NCBI GenBank assembly: GCA_900771345.1
Contig: CAAGNQ010000045.1
Location: 33,230 to 97,229 of the forward strand
Reading direction: 5' to 3'
Origin: Clostridia bacterium
GTDB taxonomy: Bacteria; Bacillota; Clostridia; Christensenellales; Borkfalkiaceae
Length of the DNA stretch: 64,000 nt
Under the pieces are notes generated by a model. That model made no database searches. It saw only the letters and a program-made list of their open reading frames with translations, and was not told where the DNA came from. Position 1 is the stretch's first letter. Every line of letters starts with the position of its first letter. Position numbers and translations under genes: made by a program. Of this stretch, positions 37,633-45,435 are shown one piece after another.

Positions 37633-37732
37633 TGTTTCACGTGAAACAATAATAAAAAACTGTTTCACGTGAAACAATAATAAAAAACTGTTTCACGTGA
37701 AACAATAATAAAAAACTGTTCCACGTGAAACA
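37633..37732. repeat. tandem array of four parS (ParB-binding centromere) sites, 28-bp period
   Basis: TGTTTCACGTGAAACA at 37633-37648, 37661-37676 and 37689-37704; TGTTCCACGTGAAACA at 37717-37732. Identical 12-bp spacers ATAATAAAAAAC. Matches the Firmicutes parS consensus TGTTNCACGTGAAACA. Confidence 0.85.
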
Positions 37733-37860
37733 ATTTAAAAATGGTTTAAATATAGTTTGAATAAAAATATCAATAAAATTATTTAAATAAAGCAAAACAA
37801 TATAAAAATCCTTAATTTTATTTAAAAATTTATGAAAATAACTAGATTAAATTTGTTTTT

Positions 37861-37901
37861 TTGTATAAAATAATAGCCTGCAATGTATTTTGCAGGCTAT
37901 T
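37861..37901 (-). terminator. intrinsic terminator after cvpA
   Basis: AATAGCCTGCA-8 nt-TGCAGGCTATT followed by a U-rich tract on the minus strand. Confidence 0.65.
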
Positions 37902-37917
37902 ATATATATTGTAACAC

Positions 37918-38673
37918 TTACTTTAGTATGATTTGTTTTACGAATGAAACGATATTTCCCGTAGACATCAGGCCTAAAATCTTTCCTAGTAAACCAAAGT
38001 CGGATATAACTGTTGCAATACTAGAAGTTTGAATTATAGCATTAAGCCTTTGAACAAACCCAAGAGGAATTGCATTTAATAGTAAAATAATCACCTCAAG
38101 ATAAATGACGCTTGCGATAAAACCAAGCAATAAGCCTAAAATCCTATCAAAATGCTTGATGGGGGAAAGGACGTAGAGTTTTTTTATTATCTCTCCAATA
38201 ATAAAAAGAGAAATTTTGAAAAGCACAAACAGAACGGCAACCGATATTATCATTGAGATATAATATGCAAAAGTTGGGCAGAGAATCTGTTTTAGTGGAA
38301 TATCCGGTGGAATATCAACGTCATTCTTAAAAAGCAAAACAACGTATCTTATTATCCCACCAAGCCCCGTACCACCTAGCGCTCCGTCAGACGCTGATTT
38401 TAGCGTCATATTCATCATTTCTGCGCCAAGTAGTTTATTGAGAAAGCCCTCGACGCTTAAGGAAATATCCGTAACAAAACTATACTGATTTTCAAGAAAA
38501 CTCGTTACGGATGGGCAAATAAGCATTGCCAAAATTAAACTTATTATCGATCCAAAAAGAGATATAAAGGTCTTGGCAAAACCCTTAACAACCCCTCTAA
38601 TTGAAAAGCCGAGAATAAACACGATAATTATTAAGTTAACTATAACGCTTCCTGTGTTCGCCTCTCCGTTCAT
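37918..38673 (-). CDS. cvpA: CvpA family membrane protein
   Basis: 251 aa, 4-5 TM. N-terminus NLIIIVFILGFSIRGVVKGFAKTF resembles the CvpA (colicin V production) family. Longer than usual. Confidence 0.7.
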   Translation of the reverse strand: MNGEANTGSVIVNLIIIVFILGFSIRGVVKGFAKTFISLFGSIISLILAMLICPSVTSFLENQYSFVTDISLSVEGFLNKLLGAEMMNMTLKSASDGALGGTGLGGIIRYVVLLFKNDVDIPPDIPLKQILCPTFAYYISMIISVAVLFVLFKISLFIIGEIIKKLYVLSPIKHFDRILGLLLGFIASVIYLEVIILLLNAIPLGFVQRLNAIIQTSSIATVISDFGLLGKILGLMSTGNIVSFVKQIILK

Positions 38674-38807
38674 CCGTTACCTCAAAAACCTAATATATAT
38701 AAATATTACCACAAAAAAATAATTTTATCAAGAAATTTATCAAATTGAATAAAATTAAGGATTTTGGCAATAATCGGAAGGAAATAAACGTTAGGGGCGA
38801 AAAACCT

Positions 38808-39404
38808 ATGGAAATTAAAACCTTTTCATTTAACTCATTAAACGATTATTCGTCGGAAGGAATTGCTGATGCGCTAAAAGATTGTAATTATAATAACAAA
38901 AAACCATTGTTTATATGCATTGGTAGTGATTTAGTTCTGGGCGATAGTCTAGGCCCACTAGTAGGCACACTACTCAAAAAACGAAATATAAATTCCTACG
39001 TTTACGGCACTCTAAATTTTCCGATTACAGCAAAAGAAGTAGAGTATGCCCGAACGTATTTAAAAGAAATGCACCCTAATTCAGTAAGCATTGCAATCGA
39101 CGCAGCCGTTGGAAATGAAGATGACGTAGGACTTATTAGAGTAGTGAATAAAGGATTAAAACCCGGGCTTGCTGTAGAGAAAAATCTCGGCGTTGTTGGA
39201 GATATAAGCATAATCGGTGTCGTTGCAAGCAAATCTAACAAAAATTTTAATCTGTTTAATCTTACAAGGCTAAATCTCATATACAAAATGGCAGAAATTA
39301 TCACTGAAGGAATAGAAAAATATATCAATCATTTTTCAAAAACAACAGACTATTTCTCTAGCGCCATTCAAAATAGCAGTGTAAAAATCTCAAAAATAGT
39401 ATAG
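38808..39404 (+). CDS. yyaC: spore protease YyaC (GPR-like peptidase family)
   Basis: LFICIGSDLVLGDSLGPLVGTLL and IAIDAAVG match the YyaC pattern. yyaC is also parB-proximal in B. subtilis. Start placed at ATG 38808 (after AGGGG). The track ORF uses a TTG at 38745. Confidence 0.8.
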   Translation: MEIKTFSFNSLNDYSSEGIADALKDCNYNNKKPLFICIGSDLVLGDSLGPLVGTLLKKRNINSYVYGTLNFPITAKEVEYARTYLKEMHPNSVSIAIDAAVGNEDDVGLIRVVNKGLKPGLAVEKNLGVVGDISIIGVVASKSNKNFNLFNLTRLNLIYKMAEIITEGIEKYINHFSKTTDYFSSAIQNSSVKISKIV

Positions 39405-39421
39405 GATTATAAAATTTTGAT

Positions 39422-39460
39422 ATAACTGTTGAACATCTTGTTCAACAGTTATTTGTTTTT
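39422..39460 (+). terminator. intrinsic terminator after yyaC
   Basis: ATAACTGTTGAACA-TCT-TGTTCAACAGTTAT plus TTGTTTTT. Confidence 0.8.
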
Positions 39461-39477
39461 GCATTATGCCTACTTGT

Positions 39478-39506
39478 TTGACATATTGAAAATTTTTTGA
39501 TATACT
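39478..39506 (+). promoter_or_regulatory. sigma-A type promoter with extended -10
   Basis: TTGACA (39478-39483), 17-nt spacer ending in TGA, TATACT (39501-39506). Confidence 0.6.
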
Positions 39507-39512
39507 ATGCAC

Positions 39513-39672
39513 GCTACACAATTGTATATTTGTCTCGCTTATGGGAAAACTCCAGATAAAAGGTGTTTTCTTTCTTTGCTTATACCATAAGTGGGAAAGC
39601 AATTGTGTAGCAACAATGAGAGAAACACTTTTTAGTGCGTCTCTTGTTGGGGCGCACTTTTTATTTTTTTAC
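39513..39672 (+). promoter_or_regulatory. structured 5' leader (candidate riboswitch/attenuator, class not recognised) ending in an intrinsic terminator
   Basis: Perfect 12-bp helix GCUACACAAUUG (39513-39524)/CAAUUGUGUAGC (39600-39611) encloses 75 nt with internal helices. Terminator AGUGCGUCUC-UUGUU-GGGGCGCACU plus a U-run (39634-39670). A competing hairpin at 39618-39645 uses the terminator's 5' arm. Confidence 0.5.
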
Positions 39673-39685
39673 GGAGGTATCACAA

Positions 39686-40018
39686 ATGAAGAAACAAAAA
39701 ATTTTTTCGACTATTTTAATTGTCGTTGGGCTAATCCTATTTATTGTTGGTTTGTCCGTTAGCGTTCCTAGTGAACAATTAACCACGTATAAAATTCTCA
39801 CCTACGACGGTGAATACAGTTACGTTGAAGAATATGTTGGTGGTGATGCATATAATTACATAATTGCCGCCTCTCTCGTTGGTGGAAAAATATGTGGCGC
39901 TATGACACAAAAAGCAATTTATATTTCAGTAGGTCTTATAATAACTTGTTTTGGGATATTTCTATCAATTATCTCAAATAAAAGTCGCTCAGCAAATATC
40001 GATAACGAGAATTTGTAA
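39686..40018 (+). CDS. small membrane protein (110 aa, two TM), function unknown
   Basis: MKKQKIFSTILIVVGLILFIVGL...YVGGDAYNYIIAASL...ISVGLIITCFGIFLSII. SD GGAGG 8 nt before ATG 39686. The track ORF begins upstream, inside the terminator. Confidence 0.6.
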   Translation: MKKQKIFSTILIVVGLILFIVGLSVSVPSEQLTTYKILTYDGEYSYVEEYVGGDAYNYIIAASLVGGKICGAMTQKAIYISVGLIITCFGIFLSIISNKSRSANIDNENL

Positions 40019-40144
40019 AACAAGATAAAAACAAAACCAAAAGATGTGCGCCCGTATAGGTTTTGTTGATTAATGCTTTCTAAAAACATATGCAGAATTT
40101 ATTAAATACAATTATAATTGTACAAGTATATGATAAGTGTTTTA

Positions 40145-40194
40145 GCGAGATAAAAAATTAAAATTAAAGGCGTGTGAGAAATTTCACACGCCTT
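40145..40194 (-). terminator. intrinsic terminator after gltX
   Basis: AAAGGCGTGTGA-5 nt-TCACACGCCTTT followed by a U-rich tract on the minus strand. Confidence 0.75.
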
Positions 40195-40210
40195 TAGTTA
40201 TTTCTTTATT

Positions 40211-41653
40211 TTATTTATTTAGAAGTTCGATTGAGTAGTCGATACGGCGAAGAGTTTCTTCTCTTCCTAATAGTTCTGCAATTTCCATTACGCCACCTGC
40301 CGTTGACTGTTTGCCTGAAATAGCAACGCGCACGCACCAGAACACAACGCCGTTTTTAACGCCCATCTCATTAACTAGTTCCATTAAGCAATCGTGAACG
40401 CCGTCAAAAGTAAATTCTTTTAGTTCTGCAATCTTTTTTCTTGCTTTTGGAAGAACGTCTTTTGCAATTTCAGGATTGGTTTTCATCTTTTTGTGGGTAT
40501 AAAGTTCAATATCGTACTCGTCAAATTCTTCTAAAAAGTTAATTTTCTCAGGGATTTCACTAAAAATCTCTATTCTGGTCTTTAGAAGGTTTGCAATCTT
40601 AAGAAGGTCGTACTTGCCATAAACCTTGCTGAGTTTAAGGAATTTATCTGCTTTTTGAACAAACTCTTGGTCAGTCATGGCCTTAATATACTCACCCGAA
40701 AGCCATCTCATTTTTACCTCGTCAAAAATAGCAGGGGATTTATTTATACCCTCAAGCGAGAAATTAGAAATGAGTTCTTCGAGGCTCATTTTTTCGTCGT
40801 TAGTTTTAGGGCTCCAGCCTAAAAGCGCAATATAGTTAACGATAGCCTCCTTAACGTACCCTTTATTCACAAAATCTTCGTAACTAGCATCACCATTTCT
40901 TTTAGAAAGTTTATGCTGGGCATCCTTCATAATAGGTGGAAGATGGATATAAACCGGTCTTTCCCAGCCGTACGCATCATACATAAGGTTATATTTAGGG
41001 GTAGAAGATAGGTATTCAGTACCACGAATAACGTGGGTTATGCCCATAAGATGGTCGTCAACCACGTTTGCGAAATTATAAGTAGGCATTCCGTCGCTTT
41101 TAATTAGAATTCCGTCCTCAATATCTTTATAATCAACGCTAATCTCACCGTAAACGAGGTCGGTATAAGTGCCCGTACCCGATTCTGGAACGTTTTGACG
41201 AATAACGTACGGCTCGCCGTTAGCAATTTTTTGAGCAATTTCCTCTTTGGAAAGGTTTAAACAGTGCTTGTCATAACGCATATTTCCTGCCTCGTCTTTA
41301 AGAGTTTCAATTCTCTCAGGCGTGCAGAAACAATAGTATGCACCACCTAATTCCACAAGTTTTTTAGCATACTCGGTATAAATATTCTTTCTTTCGCTCT
41401 GAACGTACGGACCAAAATCCCCACCAACGTCAGGACCTTCGTCATACATAATTTTAGAATCACGCATTGTATCGTAAATAATTTGAACAGAACCGTCAAC
41501 GTAACGAGCCGTATCGGTGTCTTCAATACGCAAAATAAAATCGCCACCTGCCTTTTTAGCGAATAAAAACCCGTAAAGTGCCGTACGCAAGCCACCGATA
41601 TGAAGATATCCTGTTGGACTTGGCGCAAATCTTGTTCTAACTTTACTACTCAT
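40211..41653 (-). CDS. gltX: glutamate--tRNA ligase
   Basis: 480 aa. RFAPSPTGYLHIGGLRTAL (HIGH motif) and KLSKR (KMSKS motif). Confidence 0.95.
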   Translation of the reverse strand: MSSKVRTRFAPSPTGYLHIGGLRTALYGFLFAKKAGGDFILRIEDTDTARYVDGSVQIIYDTMRDSKIMYDEGPDVGGDFGPYVQSERKNIYTEYAKKLVELGGAYYCFCTPERIETLKDEAGNMRYDKHCLNLSKEEIAQKIANGEPYVIRQNVPESGTGTYTDLVYGEISVDYKDIEDGILIKSDGMPTYNFANVVDDHLMGITHVIRGTEYLSSTPKYNLMYDAYGWERPVYIHLPPIMKDAQHKLSKRNGDASYEDFVNKGYVKEAIVNYIALLGWSPKTNDEKMSLEELISNFSLEGINKSPAIFDEVKMRWLSGEYIKAMTDQEFVQKADKFLKLSKVYGKYDLLKIANLLKTRIEIFSEIPEKINFLEEFDEYDIELYTHKKMKTNPEIAKDVLPKARKKIAELKEFTFDGVHDCLMELVNEMGVKNGVVFWCVRVAISGKQSTAGGVMEIAELLGREETLRRIDYSIELLNK

Positions 41654-42392
41654 TTTCTGTCTCCTTTAACTTCTCTAAAAGTTTATTAATGTCTGCCTGA
41701 TTTTTGATATATTCCATTCTTCTCGACTGATGATAACTAAAAGTCTCACCATTGCTAGCATAAATAATATGGTCTAAAAACACAACGTCGTGAAGTTCGC
41801 ACAAAAGATTAATTTTCTTTGTGGATAAATCGTCTGCCGCGCTTGGACTAGCAATTTTGCTCGGGTGATTATGTGCAATTATTGCATATTTAGGCTTATG
41901 CACTGCAATCACCTTTGAAAACTCTGGGATATCGGTTGACACTTCATACTTTTTATCATCACTAAACTCAAGACTAGCAATCTTAGCGTAGTTTTTATTT
42001 AAAAGCATAACCAAAAAGGTTTCATACTCAAGGCACTCGAAAAATTCCTTGATTTCATTCTTGACCTTTTCAAAAGTGTCAAGCCGTTTTTTAACGTCCT
42101 TACTGTTTTGAAGGTTTTTATGAATCTGCCCGACCAAGATTATTAAGTTTGCAATTTTATCCCCAACGCCCTCAACCGACTTAAGTTCGTCCTTACTCGA
42201 ATTAAACACTTTATCGAGCGAGCCAAACCTTCTTATAATCCTGTGAGCGAGAGCATTAGTGTCCTTTCGGGGCAAAGCGTAAAACAGCAAAATTTCTAAA
42301 AGTTCGTGGTCCAAAAATGCGTTTGGATTATCAAGAAATTTCCCTATAATTCGCTCTCTATGCCCACTGTGGACGTTGTCTTTCGTGCTCAT
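41646..42392 (-). CDS. radC: RadC-family JAB/MPN domain protein
   Basis: 248 aa from ATG 42392 (MSTKDNVHSGHRERI...). HhH region ELKSVEGVGDKIA. JAMM motif AIIAHNHPS..SPSAAD. The stop overlaps the gltX start by 8 nt. Confidence 0.85.
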   Translation of the reverse strand: MSTKDNVHSGHRERIIGKFLDNPNAFLDHELLEILLFYALPRKDTNALAHRIIRRFGSLDKVFNSSKDELKSVEGVGDKIANLIILVGQIHKNLQNSKDVKKRLDTFEKVKNEIKEFFECLEYETFLVMLLNKNYAKIASLEFSDDKKYEVSTDIPEFSKVIAVHKPKYAIIAHNHPSKIASPSAADDLSTKKINLLCELHDVVFLDHIIYASNGETFSYHQSRRMEYIKNQADINKLLEKLKETENE

Positions 42393-42508
42393 AATAGTAT
42401 TGTAACACAAAAAAAGGAAAATTCAAAATGATTGCATTATATTTGTATAATAGTAGCATTTTATTTTTAGTTAGTGTATAATGAAAATATATTGCTTTAG
42501 GGGTAATT

Positions 42509-43783
42509 ATGAAAGATTTTAATAGTTTTATACAAGATTTATCCACGCTTGTCAGTTTTGAATCGACTGCTTCCTTGCCGTTAGACGGCAAGCCTTTCGG
42601 CGAAGAAGTTTCAAAAGCAATCGAATATTTTTTATCTCTTGCACGCTCTTTCGGATTTAAAACAATAAATCATAACGGATATATTGGCGAAGTGATTTTT
42701 GGCGAGGGGGAAGAAGTTGGAATTATCGGCCATCTTGACGTTGTTCCAACGGGTATCGGCTGGAATTCTAACCCCTTTACTTTAGTAGAAAAAGACGATA
42801 TTTATTACGCTCGAGGAATCGTTGATGATAAAGCACCTATTCTTCTCTGCCTTTATGCCTTAAAAGAACTAAAAGAAAGTGGCAAAAAAGTGGAAAGGAA
42901 ATTTAGGTTGTTCGTTGGTGGAGACGAGGAAACAGGCTGGAGAGATATTAAATATTTTAATAGTATTTCTTCTTTCCCTGAATACGGATTTTCGCCCGAC
43001 GGGAACTTCCCCGTAACTTATGCAGAAAAAGGTATTTACGAGGTTGAATTTTCTCTTGGAAAAACCAAAAATTTTCACTCTACTAACGGTGGAATTGCAT
43101 TAAACGCCGTTTGCGACTATGCTTACACTTTTGCGAATGACGATAAAATTGATAGTAAAATTCTAGCCAAATACAATCTTAAACTAAACGGCGAAAACAA
43201 GATTGAAGGTTTTGGAAAATCAGCGCACGGCTCTGCTCCTCAAGACGGGAAGAATGCCATTAAGCCTCTTTTAGAGTATATGAACGAAATGGGCGAGAAC
43301 CTCAAAAATGCGATTGATTGCTTGTTTAACGATATATATGGAATTTTTAATATTCAAAACGAGCAAGGAGGGGTTACCCTTTCGCCAAACCTAATTTTTG
43401 AAAGGGAAGAAGGCTTGTTTATTACCTGCGATTGCCGTGTGCCTTATCCTGAAAGTGAACAAAGCGTTAGAAAAATTCTTGATAAGTTTAATATTCCATA
43501 CTCGGTTAAAGAACGCCACCCACCTATGTGTGCTAAAAAGGACGGCTGGTTTGTCAGCGCGCTTATAAAAGCCTATAATAGCGTGACAGGGGAGAGCGCT
43601 AAACCCGAGGCTATGAGTGGAAGCACTTTTGCAAGAGCCTTTAAGTACGGCTGTTCTTTTGGTCCAAAACTTTGGGATTTAACCGGCAATCTTCACGACG
43701 CAAACGAAAATATGCCTAAAAAACAAATTTTAACTTGCTATGAAATTTATAAAAGCGCAATTTTCTCTCTTGCAAAAATTTAA
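42509..43783 (+). CDS. M20 family metallopeptidase (dipeptidase PepV/Sapep-like)
   Basis: 424 aa. GIIGHLDVVP, GIVDDKAP, GGDEETG are the M20 metal-binding motifs. Confidence 0.8.
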   Translation: MKDFNSFIQDLSTLVSFESTASLPLDGKPFGEEVSKAIEYFLSLARSFGFKTINHNGYIGEVIFGEGEEVGIIGHLDVVPTGIGWNSNPFTLVEKDDIYYARGIVDDKAPILLCLYALKELKESGKKVERKFRLFVGGDEETGWRDIKYFNSISSFPEYGFSPDGNFPVTYAEKGIYEVEFSLGKTKNFHSTNGGIALNAVCDYAYTFANDDKIDSKILAKYNLKLNGENKIEGFGKSAHGSAPQDGKNAIKPLLEYMNEMGENLKNAIDCLFNDIYGIFNIQNEQGGVTLSPNLIFEREEGLFITCDCRVPYPESEQSVRKILDKFNIPYSVKERHPPMCAKKDGWFVSALIKAYNSVTGESAKPEAMSGSTFARAFKYGCSFGPKLWDLTGNLHDANENMPKKQILTCYEIYKSAIFSLAKI

Positions 43784-43796
43784 AAGAAAATACAAA

Positions 43797-43830
43797 AAAT
43801 CACCCAACGAGAGTCGTTGGGTGTTTTTTT
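43797..43830. terminator. bidirectional intrinsic terminator (peptidase / rubrerythrin)
   Basis: AAAAAAT-CACCCAACGA-GAG-TCGTTGGGTG-TTTTTTT. Confidence 0.8.
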
Positions 43831-44356
43831 AGTTAGGCATAACTGAAAAGAATGCTTGAGGATGAGAACAGACCGGGCAAGTTTCGGGTGGAGTTTTGCC
43901 CTTGTGGCGATGACCACAGTTGGCGCATTGCCACCAAACTTCTTCGGTAGAAGAGAACATTTGGTCATTCTTTACCTTTTGAAGCAAACATTTATATTCT
44001 TCTTCGTGCTGACGCTCTATTGCTGAAACGCCATCAAAAAGTTCTGCAATATCGTTAAAGCCTTCTTCTCGCGCCTCTTTGGCAAACTGGGCATATAGAA
44101 CAGAGCGCTCGTAATTTTCTAAATCCATTGAATCTTTTAAGTTGCCCTCGGTATCGGCAATCTGGTGAAAGAGTTTAAACCACACTTTTGAATGTGCTCT
44201 CTCGTTATTAGCAAAAGTAGTAAAAGTTTGCGCAATTTTTTCAAATCCGTCCTTTTTGGCTTGTTCGGCATAGAAAAGGTATTCGTTAGTAGCGCCCGAC
44301 TCTCTTAAAAAAGCCGTCATAAGATTGTTTTTTGTTTTTGACTGGTCAAAATTCAT
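43829..44356 (-). CDS. rbr: rubrerythrin
   Basis: 175 aa. Ferritin-like diiron domain (EYLFYAEQAKKDGF, NERAHSKVW, ERQHEEEY) plus a C-terminal rubredoxin CANCG...CPVC. Confidence 0.92.
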   Translation of the reverse strand: MNFDQSKTKNNLMTAFLRESGATNEYLFYAEQAKKDGFEKIAQTFTTFANNERAHSKVWFKLFHQIADTEGNLKDSMDLENYERSVLYAQFAKEAREEGFNDIAELFDGVSAIERQHEEEYKCLLQKVKNDQMFSSTEEVWWQCANCGHRHKGKTPPETCPVCSHPQAFFSVMPN

Positions 44357-44495
44357 ATAAATTCTCCTTAAAACTAATTTTTTAACTAAAGTTTTCCCAA
44401 AATAGACAATACTAATACGATAAACTATAAAATTTTGTTGTCTATTTTTTATTTTTAGTATATAATATCCCTATAAAACTTTAGTAGGTAAAATT

Positions 44496-45320
44496 ATGAA
44501 TTTCGACATAGAATTAGTTGGAAAAATCGGCTCTATGGCACTTATAAACACAGAGCACAATATGCTTGACTATACCCTTATAGCAAGGCTTTCTCAAGAA
44601 CTACGCCCAGGCTATATTTGGGTAACCTCTGGTGCTGCCGAAACGGGTAGGCTTGATTACATAAAGAGAAACGGCAAAGAACTAGAGGGGGACAGCGAGG
44701 AAATTAAAACTGACTACGCTGCGCAAGGTCAGGCAATTTTGATGTCTACCTATCGTGAATATATAGACTCAAAGTATTCACTTCGCCAAGTATTAGTTGA
44801 GCACCAGCATTTTAACGACCCGGTTAAGAAAGAGCATTTAAAAGCAATGCTTCTTCGCTCCAAAGAACAAAATGCCATTCCTATTATTAATTATAACGAC
44901 GCCGTTAGCACTGAAGAGAACAGAAAGTTTGAAATCCAGTCGTTAAAGAGTAGTTCAACTAAGGTTGTTGAGTGCGTGGATAACGACGAAACTGCTTCTC
45001 AAATTGCCTGCCTTGTTAAAGCCAAAAGGCTTATTATTTTAACGAGCGCGCAAGGCATTTATAAAGATAGCCATAATCCTGAAACTCTTATTAAAGAAAT
45101 CGGTGGAAAGGACGTTTACGAGGTTTTGGCAAATATTGACGAGTGCGAAAACTACTGCAATGGTGCGTCAAGAAAGGGCGCAAACGGTGCAAAAGCCAAA
45201 CTTGAATACGTTAAAGAGGCAGTTAAAATAGGAACGGAAGTTATAATAGCGTCGGCAAAATATTCCATTAAAGACCTATTATCAGAAAAAGCGCCAGCAA
45301 CAAGAATTAGGGTTAGATAA
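44496..45320 (+). CDS. amino-acid kinase family protein (glutamate 5-kinase-like, no PUA domain)
   Basis: 274 aa. VGKIGSMALI...WVTSGAAETG...INYNDAVS resembles the ProB/AAK fold. No proA partner in the window, so the substrate is uncertain. Confidence 0.55.
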   Translation: MNFDIELVGKIGSMALINTEHNMLDYTLIARLSQELRPGYIWVTSGAAETGRLDYIKRNGKELEGDSEEIKTDYAAQGQAILMSTYREYIDSKYSLRQVLVEHQHFNDPVKKEHLKAMLLRSKEQNAIPIINYNDAVSTEENRKFEIQSLKSSSTKVVECVDNDETASQIACLVKAKRLIILTSAQGIYKDSHNPETLIKEIGGKDVYEVLANIDECENYCNGASRKGANGAKAKLEYVKEAVKIGTEVIIASAKYSIKDLLSEKAPATRIRVR

Positions 45321-45435
45321 TTGCCAAAATCTTCTAGAATTTAACTGAATAATATTTTTATTCCCTCACATAATATTATCAAGGGGGATGACATGAAGAA
45401 TAAGAAGAAGAACAAAACGAACGGCAAGAGTCAAA

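Noticed and set aside
37633-37732. A 28-bp-period repeat array that a naive scan could call a CRISPR array.
   Set aside because: Only 3.6 units, and the 'spacers' are identical 12-mers. The repeat is a perfect palindrome equal to the parS consensus, and no cas genes are present. It is a centromere array, not CRISPR.
40107-40122. Perfect 16-bp palindrome TACAATTATAATTGTA, reminiscent of Fur/PerR-type boxes.
   Set aside because: It lies between convergent genes (small membrane protein and gltX), not upstream of anything. AT-only palindromes of this size are expected in such AT-rich spacers.
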